From contig JBBAAE010000003.1 of assembly GCA_041658485.1 (NCBI GenBank), positions 10,300 to 74,299 on the forward strand: DNA of 64,000 nucleotides. Reading direction: 5' to 3'. Below the pieces are notes generated by a model. It made no database searches. It was not told the DNA's origin and saw only the letters and a program-made list of their open reading frames with translations. The DNA is from Minisyncoccota bacterium (lineage in GTDB: Bacteria; Patescibacteriota; Minisyncoccia; Phycocordibacterales; Phycocordibacteraceae). The translations under genes and the position numbers were made by a program. Below are positions 47,759 to 57,404 of this stretch, in pieces. Numbering within the stretch: position 1 is the stretch's first letter; every line of letters starts with the position of its first letter.

Positions 47759-48073
47759 ATGTCACACAAACATGGTCATGATGAAGATTTTCTTGCATCG
47801 TATAGGCGAGACGGGGAGCAAGAAAGAGCACACCAAGCCAAGCTCGTTTCAGCTGAGCTTCGCTACGAACGAACTGCTGTCGCACGAGTTTCTATTTTGG
47901 CATTACTTGGGATTGCAGGTGGCGCTTTTGCAGGAGCAACTATAGGCGGACCAGTAGGAATGGTTGTCGGAGGGGGTGCGGGTGGATTAATCGGTCGTGA
48001 GCTTGGCATGGCGCTCGTAAAATCTGAAATAAAAAAATCTGAAAATAAGAAGTTTAGAAGTTTCTCTAAGTAA
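47759..48073 (+). CDS. Glycine-zipper membrane protein
   Basis: LLGIAGGAFAGATIGGPVGMVVGGGAGGLIG is a glycine-zipper TM motif. Confidence 0.45.
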   Translation: MSHKHGHDEDFLASYRRDGEQERAHQAKLVSAELRYERTAVARVSILALLGIAGGAFAGATIGGPVGMVVGGGAGGLIGRELGMALVKSEIKKSENKKFRSFSK

Positions 48074-48090
48074 AATCGTCCGATAAAAAA

Positions 48091-48115
48091 CCCGAAAGCT
48101 CGCTTTCGGGTTTTT
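48091..48115 (+). terminator. Rho-independent terminator
   Basis: cccgaaag-ctcg-ctttcggg followed by T5, preceded by A6. Confidence 0.7.
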
Positions 48116-48130
48116 GTATACAATATATGT

Positions 48131-48952
48131 ATGACGCAACACGCACTTTCTTCTGTGGGAGGATTCCGAAAGATAGTGTTGACTTTTTTCAAGAAAAAAG
48201 GACGGCATACGCTTCCTTGGCGCCACACGCATGACCCTTATAAGATTCTTGTCTCGGAAATCATGCTCCAACAAACCCAAGCAGATAGGGTCATTCCAAA
48301 ATACAAATTGTTTATAAGAAAATTTCCAACAGTACAGGCACTTGCTACAGCATCTCTCGGTGATGTGCTACGAGAATGGCAGGGCTTAGGCTACAATCGC
48401 AGGGCAAAGATGCTCCATGAGGCCGCCAAAGTAATAGTTACAAACTATGGCGGGAAAGTGCCTACTCTTTACAGTGAGCTTGTCGAACTGCCCGGCATTG
48501 GTGATTACACCGCAAAAGCAGTTCGTGTATTTGCATGGAATGAACCGGAGGTAATGATTGAAACCAACATACGTACTGTTTTCATTCATCATTTTTTTCC
48601 AAATAAAGTTGCGGTGAGCGATAAAGAATTACACCCATATATGGGTGAGTTTTTGGATACGAAAAATCCACGAGAATGGTATTTCGCATTAATGGATTAT
48701 GGAAGTTATTTGAAAAAAATAGTACCAAATCCATCACGAAATAGCGCACATCACACGAAGCAGAAGTCTTTCAAGGGCTCTGACAGGGAAGTGCGCGGAG
48801 CTATACTTCGCGCACTTGTTTCGCGGTCGAAATCTTTGCCAGCTCTTTTAAAAGAACTTAATTTTCCACAAGATAAAATAAAAAGACAAATTACTGCACT
48901 CAAGAAAGAGGGCTTAATTGTGATTCGAAAAAATAAAGCACAGTTACCCTAA
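48131..48952 (+). CDS. MutY-like A/G-specific adenine glycosylase (HhH-GPD domain only, no NUDIX domain)
   Basis: ILVSEIMLQQTQADRV is the MutY hallmark. HhH LPGIGDYTAKAV. 273 aa. Confidence 0.7.
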   Translation: MTQHALSSVGGFRKIVLTFFKKKGRHTLPWRHTHDPYKILVSEIMLQQTQADRVIPKYKLFIRKFPTVQALATASLGDVLREWQGLGYNRRAKMLHEAAKVIVTNYGGKVPTLYSELVELPGIGDYTAKAVRVFAWNEPEVMIETNIRTVFIHHFFPNKVAVSDKELHPYMGEFLDTKNPREWYFALMDYGSYLKKIVPNPSRNSAHHTKQKSFKGSDREVRGAILRALVSRSKSLPALLKELNFPQDKIKRQITALKKEGLIVIRKNKAQLP

Positions 48953-48993
48953 CTACTCCGATTAATCGGAGTAGTTAGGCTTTAATGCTTGGT

Positions 48994-50151
48994 CTAAAGG
49001 GTGTCTTTGATACGAAACGAGAGTGGAACACCGAGTAGAATTACTGCACCGAAGACGGCGAAGGCATATTCGAATGGAGCGTAGAAAAGCATAATACTTC
49101 CAAGAACAGGGCCGACAATTGTGGCACCTTGCCGAAGTGCACGAAAAACACTGATGAGCTCGCTGTCTTTTGCCTCAACTTTTTTGAAGAAGTATGTCTC
49201 AGTTGCGATTTCAAGTAACGCCCCGCCGATGTGCATGCTTATTACTAGAAGTGCGAGCACAACAAGCCCCGCGCCGTTAGATAATGACAGCCCAAGGAAG
49301 CTGACTCCAGCTATTACAAATCCTCCAATAATGAACTCCTTCTCGCCAAATTTTTTGTCAGCTAGATACCCTATAGGAACCTGTAGAAAAATATATGGCA
49401 ATGAGGAGAGTGCAATTATTATTCCGATAACTGCCCAAGAAAGTCCAGCGTGGTTATGTAAATACAATGGGATATAAATATTACTCCAGACGAATAGAAA
49501 TTGGAGCAGTACATGTGCACCCATGACTGCGGTAAGTGATGAGTTTTTTAGTATTAATGCGACGGCATCTTTTACTTTTACATTTGCTTGTTCTACATGT
49601 GTGATGCTTGAAAAGAATCTAGATGAAATGTATGCACATGCTAGGAATGCTCCTGCCCCGATGATGAATATACGCCAATAGTCACCGTTGGTGAGTGCCC
49701 CCGCAATGATGAGTGATGCTATTGCTACCGCAATATTGCTTGCAGTTAAAAATATCGCGCGCGACGAGCCAGTATCTTTTTCATTTGTACCGACAATTTT
49801 CTCCAGAATGACATCAAGTGCAAGTGCCACTATCCAACCCGAAACCCATGCGACCATGAATAGTCCAAGAACGAGAGGGGTGGGGAGCTTGAAGGAGAGA
49901 CCAATAAGTGCGAACGCGGCTAAGCATGCTGAAGCGATGAGCACTCGATGTGTTCGGAATGTTCTAAATAAATGGGGAGTCGCCAAAACTGCAATGCCTG
50001 CAAGAATTGACCCGACAGAAAACACTAGTCCGACAGCAGATTCAGGGATGTAGGTCGCAAGAAAAGTGGAGTAAATAAGATAGGGGAGATACACGCCCAT
50101 CGCACGAAGGAAATTGCCTAGGTGTATGGCATTGCCCGAAAGATATTTCAT
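48994..50151 (-). CDS. MFS transporter (12 TM)
   Basis: 12 predicted TM helices and MFS-like loop spacing. Confidence 0.7.
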   Translation of the reverse strand: MKYLSGNAIHLGNFLRAMGVYLPYLIYSTFLATYIPESAVGLVFSVGSILAGIAVLATPHLFRTFRTHRVLIASACLAAFALIGLSFKLPTPLVLGLFMVAWVSGWIVALALDVILEKIVGTNEKDTGSSRAIFLTASNIAVAIASLIIAGALTNGDYWRIFIIGAGAFLACAYISSRFFSSITHVEQANVKVKDAVALILKNSSLTAVMGAHVLLQFLFVWSNIYIPLYLHNHAGLSWAVIGIIIALSSLPYIFLQVPIGYLADKKFGEKEFIIGGFVIAGVSFLGLSLSNGAGLVVLALLVISMHIGGALLEIATETYFFKKVEAKDSELISVFRALRQGATIVGPVLGSIMLFYAPFEYAFAVFGAVILLGVPLSFRIKDTL

Positions 50152-50201
50152 TCAAGGAGTATACCTTGCCCTATCATTTGTTGGGCAAATAAAATTCTTT
50201 A

Positions 50202-50393
50202 TTACTTATATTCCTTGAGGGGTTTGATATCTGCTGCTGTTGTGCCTTCTGGGAACCGGAATCCACCTTTCGAACAATACGTACATAGGTATGTGACGTT
50301 ACCTTCGTGTTCGAGTATATGAGAAGCCCAAGTTGTCGAGTGAAATTCGCAATAGTGCCACAGACGCTCTCGCCAATTATTTGCTTCCGTCAT
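50202..50393 (-). CDS. Small Cys/His-containing hypothetical protein (63 aa)
   Basis: HYCEFH...H..H...CTYC pattern, a possible zinc-binding fold. Confidence 0.3.
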   Translation of the reverse strand: MTEANNWRERLWHYCEFHSTTWASHILEHEGNVTYLCTYCSKGGFRFPEGTTAADIKPLKEYK

Positions 50394-50455
50394 TTTTATG
50401 ATCCCTACAAATTCAACGACACATTGCCTGAAACCTGAAAGCCTCAGTCTCGGTC

Positions 50456-52465
50456 TTAGACGCCTATTAAGACAGGAATTACCATTGGACGTTTTGATGT
50501 TTTCTGGAAAAGATAGCGCTCTACTGTGTCAGTAAGATTTGCTTTTATATACTCAAGGTCGACAGGGTTCATACCTGCGGCGAGGTCTTCTGTGGTTTTC
50601 TTTATGAGTAGGCGTGTTTCTGAAAGTAGTCCTTGGGACTCTCTGAGGTACACGAAACCACGAGAAATAATATCAGGAGATTTCTTTAAGGTGCCGGTGC
50701 GCAGATTTACGGTAGCGATAATGACGAACATTCCGTCTTGAGCAAGCGACTGACGGTCTCGTATAACCACTTCCTGCATGTCACCAATAGCAAAGCCGTC
50801 CACCATCATAGGATTTGAAGGAATTTTTTCCTTACGAACCGTCATGGTGGTTCCGTTTTCGATTTCTATGACAGTACCGTTATCAGGTAAGACGACATTT
50901 TCTTTAGGGAAGCCACTCGCAATCTGCGCATTGGCATGATATTTGAGCATCGAGAAGAAGCCATACGCTGGCATAAAGAATGCTGGATTTACTTGCTGGC
51001 GCATCCAGACAAGCTCTCCTGTGTTTCCGTGCCCCGTTGAGTGAACATCTGAAGAGCGATAGTGAATCAGGTTTACATTGTGACGGAGAAGATTGTCTTT
51101 TAATTTTTGCACGCGTACTTCATTGCCTGGAATAACTGATGAAGAAAGAATGATGGTATCGCGCTCAGTGAAGGCAATGTTTTTATGTTTTTTTGTAGCA
51201 ATACGCATCAGGGCTGCGGTATCCTCGCCTTGTGAGCCGGTTGCAATAATGACGATGCGATCTGCTGGATAGTCATTAATATCTTCAGCGCGAATCATGG
51301 TGCCCGGCTTTGGTGTAAAGATATTTGCGCGCTGAGCGATTTCAATGTTTGTCTTGATAGACCTGCCTTCGGTGATGATTTTTTTACCAAGATTCTCTGA
51401 CACCTTAATGATGTGAATCATGCGCTCAAACTGGGACGAGAATGTTCCGATGATGAGGCGTCCCTTCACTGACTTAATGATGTCTTCAAGGGTTGTATAG
51501 ACACGCGATTCAGGAATAGAGAAACCATCTCTCTCAGCGTTTGTAGAGTCAGCGATGAATATAAGATTTTTATCTTTTCCGAGCGCACCCCAGTGTTTTT
51601 CTTCCTTCGGGGTTGGTATGCCGTCTTCATGTTCCAATCGTAAGTCCCCAGAAATCACGATGTTGCCGTGCTTGGTTTGGATTGAAAGACCCATAGCGTC
51701 TGGAATGGAATGGGTAACAGGAAATGTTTTTACTATTACTGGATCTCCTCCAGGTAAACTCACTGAAACACGTCCGCCCGGCTCGATGACTCGAACATCA
51801 ATGTCGGCAATGTGTGGAAACTCCTCCTGTCGGCGCTTAATCATCAAGGACGTAAGGTACTGCGTATAGATTGGTGGATTACCAATACGGTCAATGATGT
51901 AGGGGATACCGCCAATGTGGTCGAGGTGTCCGTGTGTTATGAAAATACCCAAGATGCGATCTTTGTTTTCTTCAAGATAGCGAGTGTTTGGAAGTATGTA
52001 GTCGACACCAGGGGTTGCTTCTTCTGAAACGAATTGAAATCCAACATCTGAAATAATGATGCCCTGTGGCAATTCAAAAATCATCATGTTGCGACCCACT
52101 TCTTCAACGCCACCAATTGGCATAATGCGGACCGTGTCTTCATTTAATGGAGGAAGTACCACGCGATCGACTGCGTTCATGTCGCGAACTGAAGGCTCTC
52201 TTGGTGGGGGAGTTGCACGCATTGGGCGGTTATTTGAACGAGGTCTGGCGTGCCTTCGTGGTCCATTACCTGGAGCACCTTGAGGCCGTCTTGGTCCGCG
52301 TGATGGTCCTTGTCTTCCCGAACTTGGAGCGCTTGGTCGTGCAGGTTGCCCCATCGTCCTTCCAGGGAGTGCATTAAATGGACGCGCTCGGCCAGTACGA
52401 GTATTTTGAGTAGGGCGCGGTCTATCTCTTGACTGTGGGTTTGGACCTCTAGATGGAGTGTTCAT
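50456..52465 (-). CDS. rnj: Ribonuclease J with a roughly 110-aa Arg/Pro-rich N-terminal extension
   Basis: MBL motif IFITHGHLDHIGG, beta-CASP and RNase J C-terminal domains. N-terminus PSRGPNPQSRDRPRPTQNTRTGRARP... is low complexity. Confidence 0.9.
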   Translation of the reverse strand: MNTPSRGPNPQSRDRPRPTQNTRTGRARPFNALPGRTMGQPARPSAPSSGRQGPSRGPRRPQGAPGNGPRRHARPRSNNRPMRATPPPREPSVRDMNAVDRVVLPPLNEDTVRIMPIGGVEEVGRNMMIFELPQGIIISDVGFQFVSEEATPGVDYILPNTRYLEENKDRILGIFITHGHLDHIGGIPYIIDRIGNPPIYTQYLTSLMIKRRQEEFPHIADIDVRVIEPGGRVSVSLPGGDPVIVKTFPVTHSIPDAMGLSIQTKHGNIVISGDLRLEHEDGIPTPKEEKHWGALGKDKNLIFIADSTNAERDGFSIPESRVYTTLEDIIKSVKGRLIIGTFSSQFERMIHIIKVSENLGKKIITEGRSIKTNIEIAQRANIFTPKPGTMIRAEDINDYPADRIVIIATGSQGEDTAALMRIATKKHKNIAFTERDTIILSSSVIPGNEVRVQKLKDNLLRHNVNLIHYRSSDVHSTGHGNTGELVWMRQQVNPAFFMPAYGFFSMLKYHANAQIASGFPKENVVLPDNGTVIEIENGTTMTVRKEKIPSNPMMVDGFAIGDMQEVVIRDRQSLAQDGMFVIIATVNLRTGTLKKSPDIISRGFVYLRESQGLLSETRLLIKKTTEDLAAGMNPVDLEYIKANLTDTVERYLFQKTSKRPMVIPVLIGV

Positions 52466-52549
52466 GTATTTTAAGTGTGTTTACTATTTTTTTATTAATA
52501 ATTTTTTTTGAAGATGATTTTGTGTGTTTCCTTTTTTAATACGGTGATA

Positions 52550-54298
52550 TTATTTTCTGAAAATTGGCCAGATTCGTTCAGTTTTAAGATACCAATTGTC
52601 TGCAGTGTTGAATCGGTCGCTCGGAGTTGCAATGGTTACCAATGTCATACCTCCGAGATTTTTTGGTGTTACATACACGAAGTATGGTGTGTATAAGAAA
52701 ACGGCAGCGGTATCATTGGTTATGTCTTTAGCAATTGAGCGAGCTCTTTCTAGTCGAAGTGAAGGGTCGGCTAATGTGCGTAGTGCAGTGAGCTTCTTGT
52801 CTACCTCAACATTAGCATAGAGTGCAATATTAAGACCTGGGTCGTTACGCTGACTTGAGTGCCAGAAGGCAAAAAGATCCAAGTCTCGTCCCACAACTAG
52901 ACCAAACAGTAAGGCATCGTATTTGCGTGGACGGATAACCCCGACATTCAAATCATTTTGATCAAAGAACTTCAATTCTACTTCAGCACCAATCTTTTTC
53001 CAGTCTTCCGCAACGAGCTCCGCTGTGCGCTTTAGTTCTGGCACATTTGAGGTTGAAAGAGAGAAGGAAAGTCTTTGGACTTCTTTCTTTTTGCCACTTC
53101 CGACTGTCTTTGTAAAAATACCGTTCTCCCCAGCTTTCCAGCCAGCTTTTCCAAGAATTGCTTGCGCTTCTGCCACTCGAGTATCGGAAGATCGCTGATC
53201 TTTCACAATATTCCCAATAGAATCAGGAGGGAGTGGCCCGTCAATGGCGGAACCGTGACCTCGAAGCACTGTACTCACTAGAGCGTCTTTGTCAACTGCT
53301 GTGTTCAATGCCTTCCTAACTGCTGTCTCAGCGAAAATCTTATTTTGACTTTGATTGAAGAATACACTAAACACTCGTCCCAGTACCGCTTCGTTTATTG
53401 CGTGTGCACCAACAAGGTTTGTTGTAAGGATAGAATGAGCTCCATCAACTTCGCCTTTGTTGAGAGCATTTTTCAAGTCGTCTCCATTTGCATATATTTT
53501 GAAAATAAATTGCTGTATGTAGGGAATTCTTGTGCCTTCCGAAACGCCAGTAAAACGATATTCAGTTGGAATGCCAGAACTGTTGCGTTTCAGGTCGGTC
53601 ACCTTGTATGGTCCCGACCCTATAGGGTTCGCGTTTATTGTACTGAATGGAAATTCTTCCGGAGTTACATTTTTCCAGATATGTTTTGGCAAAATACCCA
53701 GTGTCATATTTTCCAAAAAGGGTGCGTAAGGGCTTTTAAGTGTAAATGAAATTGTTTTTGGATTAACAACTGTTATGCCCACACCCTCCCAATCTGCTCG
53801 ACGCGGACTTTTAATGTTGGGATTTCCTGCTGCCTCTACAGTAAATGCAACATCTTCGGCAGTCACGGGAGTTCCGTCATGGAAACGGGCACGATCGTTT
53901 AATGTAAATGTATAGGTTAGTTGGTCATCGCTTATTATGTATGACTCGGCTAGGTCAGGTGCGAGTGAACCGTCTTGTTTTGCACGGAGTAAGCCTGAAA
54001 ATACTAATACCGTGAGATCTCGGTCAGTATCAGAAATAGCTAACAATGGATTGATAAATCGAGGTGACTCAGCAAGTCCTTCTGTGTAGGTGCCACCTCG
54101 TGCGGGTACTTCAACGGCAAGCGCCAAAGAGATGGAGGCGAGCATTGATGCCGTACTGAAGGCCATAAGCACACCGAAAAACCCAATAACCAACCAATCA
54201 GATGGCTTTAGAACAACTGATACTGCCTCAAGTTTCTGAAGCGAACGGGTTGTTCGATTTTTGAGAAATGCACGAAGAAATGCTCGTAGTGATGCCAT
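52550..54298 (-). CDS. ABC transporter substrate-binding protein, family 5 (OppA/DppA-like), membrane-anchored
   Basis: N-terminal TM plus an SBP_bac_5-like body of 582 aa. No cognate permease genes adjacent. Confidence 0.7.
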   Translation of the reverse strand: MASLRAFLRAFLKNRTTRSLQKLEAVSVVLKPSDWLVIGFFGVLMAFSTASMLASISLALAVEVPARGGTYTEGLAESPRFINPLLAISDTDRDLTVLVFSGLLRAKQDGSLAPDLAESYIISDDQLTYTFTLNDRARFHDGTPVTAEDVAFTVEAAGNPNIKSPRRADWEGVGITVVNPKTISFTLKSPYAPFLENMTLGILPKHIWKNVTPEEFPFSTINANPIGSGPYKVTDLKRNSSGIPTEYRFTGVSEGTRIPYIQQFIFKIYANGDDLKNALNKGEVDGAHSILTTNLVGAHAINEAVLGRVFSVFFNQSQNKIFAETAVRKALNTAVDKDALVSTVLRGHGSAIDGPLPPDSIGNIVKDQRSSDTRVAEAQAILGKAGWKAGENGIFTKTVGSGKKKEVQRLSFSLSTSNVPELKRTAELVAEDWKKIGAEVELKFFDQNDLNVGVIRPRKYDALLFGLVVGRDLDLFAFWHSSQRNDPGLNIALYANVEVDKKLTALRTLADPSLRLERARSIAKDITNDTAAVFLYTPYFVYVTPKNLGGMTLVTIATPSDRFNTADNWYLKTERIWPIFRK

Positions 54299-54350
54299 TT
54301 GTATGGAATGAGAACGAATCGCGTCTTAATTGACGGGCGATTTTGAATTA

Positions 54351-54581
54351 CTAAGCCGTAATCAGCGCAAGTAGTGCCGAGAGAGCAAATAACACCGCAA
54401 GAACGATTGAGCTTCGGAAAAGGAACAGCTCTGCTCCGCGTCTGGTGTAGAAACTTTCTTGTGTACTGTCGCCAAAGGCACCCCCCAAGCCTGCCCCACG
54501 CTGTTGGAGAAGGATTGCTCCTATAAGGAGAATTGAGAGAATGACTTGTGCTCCTGGAAGGAGACTGTGAATGAGAGCCAT
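54351..54581 (-). CDS. secG: Preprotein translocase subunit SecG-like
   Basis: 76 aa, two TM helices with a Gly-rich loop (ILLQQRGAGLGGAFG). Confidence 0.55.
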   Translation of the reverse strand: MALIHSLLPGAQVILSILLIGAILLQQRGAGLGGAFGDSTQESFYTRRGAELFLFRSSIVLAVLFALSALLALITA

Positions 54582-54678
54582 AGTGCCTGTTCGCTAGGAT
54601 ACCACGGCCATTGAAAAAGAGGCAATACTCCTGTTGATGAGCCGTTAGAGGAATGGGTAGAGTGTGGCCGTTACTTTA

Positions 54679-54707
54679 TTGACTGTACAAAGGCGTTTCC
54701 TTATACT
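54679..54707 (+). promoter_or_regulatory. Sigma-70-type promoter for groES-groEL
   Basis: TTGACT (54679-84), 17-nt spacer, TATACT (54702-07). Confidence 0.55.
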
Positions 54708-54717
54708 AACCAGACAT

Positions 54718-54735
54718 CATGGGTATATACCCATG
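54718..54735. promoter_or_regulatory. 18-bp perfect palindrome CATGGGTATATACCCATG overlapping the predicted TSS (candidate heat-shock operator)
   Basis: Lies 11 bp downstream of the -10 element, where CIRCE would normally sit. No CIRCE consensus is present. Confidence 0.5.
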
Positions 54736-54764
54736 CCTTTAGTTCTAACGAATTGATATCAGAT

Positions 54765-55121
54765 ATGGCTAAAACGAAAAAGACTTCGTCCACAAAAACT
54801 AGTGTTCAAACGAACACAGGAGTATCTATTCGCCCTTTGAGTGACCGGGTAGTAATCAAACCACTTTCAGCCGAGGAGGCTGGATCGCGAACTTTGTCAG
54901 GCATCATTATTCCCGATACAGCAAAGGAAAAACCTGAACAAGGGAAAGTTGTTGCAGTAGGTCCTGGTAAATGGGATGAAGATGGTGAAAAACGAATTCC
55001 AGTATCAGTAAAAATTGGAGACAAGGTAATGTTCTCAAAGTATGGCTACAGTGAAGTAAAAGTGAACGGTGTTGAGTATTTCATCGTAAACGAATCAGAC
55101 ATCCTCGCTGTTCTTAATTAG
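54765..55121 (+). CDS. groES: Co-chaperonin GroES with a 20-aa Lys/Thr/Ser-rich N-terminal extension
   Basis: MAKTKKTSSTKTSVQTNTGVS precedes the canonical IRPLSDRVVIKP...GDKVMFSKYG. Confidence 0.9.
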   Translation: MAKTKKTSSTKTSVQTNTGVSIRPLSDRVVIKPLSAEEAGSRTLSGIIIPDTAKEKPEQGKVVAVGPGKWDEDGEKRIPVSVKIGDKVMFSKYGYSEVKVNGVEYFIVNESDILAVLN

Positions 55122-55130
55122 CCAATAGCC

Positions 55131-55195
55131 ACTAGGGTATAGGGTTTAAATTTCCCTACACCTGATACCCTAAACCCTAATCACTAATCACTAAT
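55131..55195. repeat. REP-like repeat (TTAGGG/CCCTAA-type units)
   Basis: cactagggtatagggtttaaatttccctacacctgataccctaaaccctaatcactaatcactaa. Confidence 0.6.
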
Positions 55196-55206
55196 AAAAA
55201 CTAATC

Positions 55207-56847
55207 ATGGCAAAAAAAATTCTTTTTGAAGCAGATGCTCGAAACGCAGTCAAAACCGGTATCGACATTGTAGCGAGAGCGGTGAAAGTTACGCTTGGAC
55301 CTCGAGGACGCAATGTCATTCTCGATAAAGGCTACGGCGGTCCACATATGACGAACGACGGTGTCACTATCGCAAAAGAAATCACCCTCAAAGACAAATT
55401 TCAGAACATGGGCGCTGAATTGGTAAAGGAAGTTGCAAGCAAGACTAATGATATGGCAGGTGATGGCACCACCACTTCAGTTGTTTTGTTTCAGGCACTT
55501 GTTGATGAAGGAATGAAACACACAGCGATGGGCTTGAATGCTATGGGTATTCGCACCGGTATGGAGCACGCTGCAGAAGCTGCGGTGAAAGCACTCAAAT
55601 CAATGGCAAAGCCGGTTGCAGGAGACAATAAAGTCATCAAGCAGGTGGCAACTATTTCAGCAGAGTCTGAAGACATTGGTAAGACAATTGGTGAAGTCAT
55701 CAAAGAAGTTGGTCAAAATGGTGTGGTGACCGTTGAAGAGTCACAGTCGTTTGGTATTGAGAAAGAAGTTGTAGAAGGTATGGAGTTTGATCGCGGATAT
55801 GTGTCGCACTACATGATTACGAATCCTGAAAGAATGGAAGCGGAATATCGTGATGCACCAATTCTCGTTACCGATAAAAAAATCGCTTCAATTCAGGAAA
55901 TCCTTCCAATACTTGAGGCTATCGCAAAGACAGGCAAAAAAGAGTTGGTTATTATTGCGGACGATGTAGAAGGGGAAGCGCTCACAACATTTGTAGTGAA
56001 CAAACTTCGCGGAGCTTTCAGTGTGCTCGCAGTAAAAGCCCCAGGATACGGCGATAGAAAGAAAGACATGCTTGCTGACATTGCTTCGACAATCGGCGCT
56101 ACTGTTGTTTCTGAAGAAACAGGTATGACCTTAGACAAGGTGGATATTTCCGTTCTTGGTCGTGCACAGAAAGTTATTGCAACAAAAGACTCAACAATCA
56201 TTGTTGGTGGAAAAGGAAAGAAGTCCGCAATTGACGCACGTGTTGCCTCACTCAAGAAGCAACTTGAAGCAATCACTTCTAAGTTCGATAAAGAGAAAAT
56301 TGAAGAGCGCATTGCAAAGTTGTCAGGTGGCGTTGCAGTCATTCGCGTCGGTGCTGCGACAGAAACTGAAATGAAGTATTTGAAAGATAAGATTGAAGAT
56401 GCGGTCAATGCCACGAAAGCAGCTATTGCTGAAGGTATTGTTCCTGGGGGTGGTACTGCTCTCGTCAAAGCTGCAGCAAAAGCTGAAGCTGATGCAGATT
56501 GGAAAAGTATGTCCAAAGAAGAGGAAATTGGTTTCCGCATCGTTCTTTCGGCTCTTTTGAAACCATTGAAGCAAATTGCGATGAACGCAGGAAAAGAAAG
56601 CGGGGAAGTTATTGTTGAGGCAGTTAAGAAAGCAAAAGGATTTGCTGGATATGATGCAGTTAAAGACGAAATTGTTCCTGACATGATGATTGCAGGCATT
56701 ATTGATCCAGTGAAAGTAACTCGAGGTGGACTTGAACATGCCGTTTCTGCAGCAGCTATTCTTCTTACAACTGAAGTTGCTATCGCGGAGGAGCCTGAAG
56801 AGAAGAAAGAAATGAGTGGTGCTCCTGGAGGGGGAATGGATTACTAA
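55207..56847 (+). CDS. groEL: Chaperonin GroEL
   Basis: AVKTGIDIVARAVKVTLGPRGRNV..., 546 aa, Gly/Met-rich C-terminus. Confidence 0.95.
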   Translation: MAKKILFEADARNAVKTGIDIVARAVKVTLGPRGRNVILDKGYGGPHMTNDGVTIAKEITLKDKFQNMGAELVKEVASKTNDMAGDGTTTSVVLFQALVDEGMKHTAMGLNAMGIRTGMEHAAEAAVKALKSMAKPVAGDNKVIKQVATISAESEDIGKTIGEVIKEVGQNGVVTVEESQSFGIEKEVVEGMEFDRGYVSHYMITNPERMEAEYRDAPILVTDKKIASIQEILPILEAIAKTGKKELVIIADDVEGEALTTFVVNKLRGAFSVLAVKAPGYGDRKKDMLADIASTIGATVVSEETGMTLDKVDISVLGRAQKVIATKDSTIIVGGKGKKSAIDARVASLKKQLEAITSKFDKEKIEERIAKLSGGVAVIRVGAATETEMKYLKDKIEDAVNATKAAIAEGIVPGGGTALVKAAAKAEADADWKSMSKEEEIGFRIVLSALLKPLKQIAMNAGKESGEVIVEAVKKAKGFAGYDAVKDEIVPDMMIAGIIDPVKVTRGGLEHAVSAAAILLTTEVAIAEEPEEKKEMSGAPGGGMDY

Positions 56848-56848
56848 C

Positions 56849-56880
56849 AGGGTATAGGGGTTAGCGTTTAGGGTTTAGGT
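56849..56880. repeat. REP-like repeat (TTAGGG/CCCTAA-type units)
   Basis: agggtataggggttagcgtttagggtttaggt has three GGG runs plus a GGGG. Confidence 0.6.
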
Positions 56881-56894
56881 AAGAAAAGAAAATA

Positions 56895-56936
56895 ATCCAC
56901 AACAAAACCCCGCATTCGCGGGGTTTTGTTGTGGAT
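56895..56936 (+). terminator. Terminator hairpin after groEL
   Basis: atccacaacaaaaccccgc-attc-gcggggttttgttgtggat; a 19-bp stem with an internal T-run. Confidence 0.6.
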
Positions 56937-57404
56937 GCGTCGCCTCGAGTAACAATCGGAGCTCTTGACAAATATGATTTATAAGATTATTCTGCGGGGA
57001 GAAGTTTTTATATTTTATTTTGAAAAGTATGGGTTCTGAAACAGCTCCAAAAAAATGTGCACGCGCGGGTTGCAACAATTTCGCTGCACCACATGATTCT
57101 CTTTGTTTAGATTGCATAACAAGAGCAGTGAGTGGTCCTGATTAGTTTTTTTCAACCCCAGAGCGGTTTTTTTCTATTAGAGGTTCTATTTATTGTTATA
57201 GTATCGAAATTATGTCTCACAAAAAGCCTGAAAAACATTATCCAAAAGATCGACATGAGGCTCGTGAACTCAGGGGCAGTTTCAAGGGTGTGGCTAAATG
57301 CATTAGGGATGGGTGGGCGTCCGTTCTTCGCGAATGGCGTAGGAATGAAATATCAAAAGCATAAATTATCGGGAAAATTAAAAATCTGATACAATGTAAA
57401 GAAT

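Noticed and set aside
54600-54764. CIRCE (HrcA operator) upstream of groES
   Set aside because: No TTAGCACTC-N9-GAGTGCTAA-like sequence is found. An unrelated 18-bp palindrome occupies the operator position and is reported as a finding.
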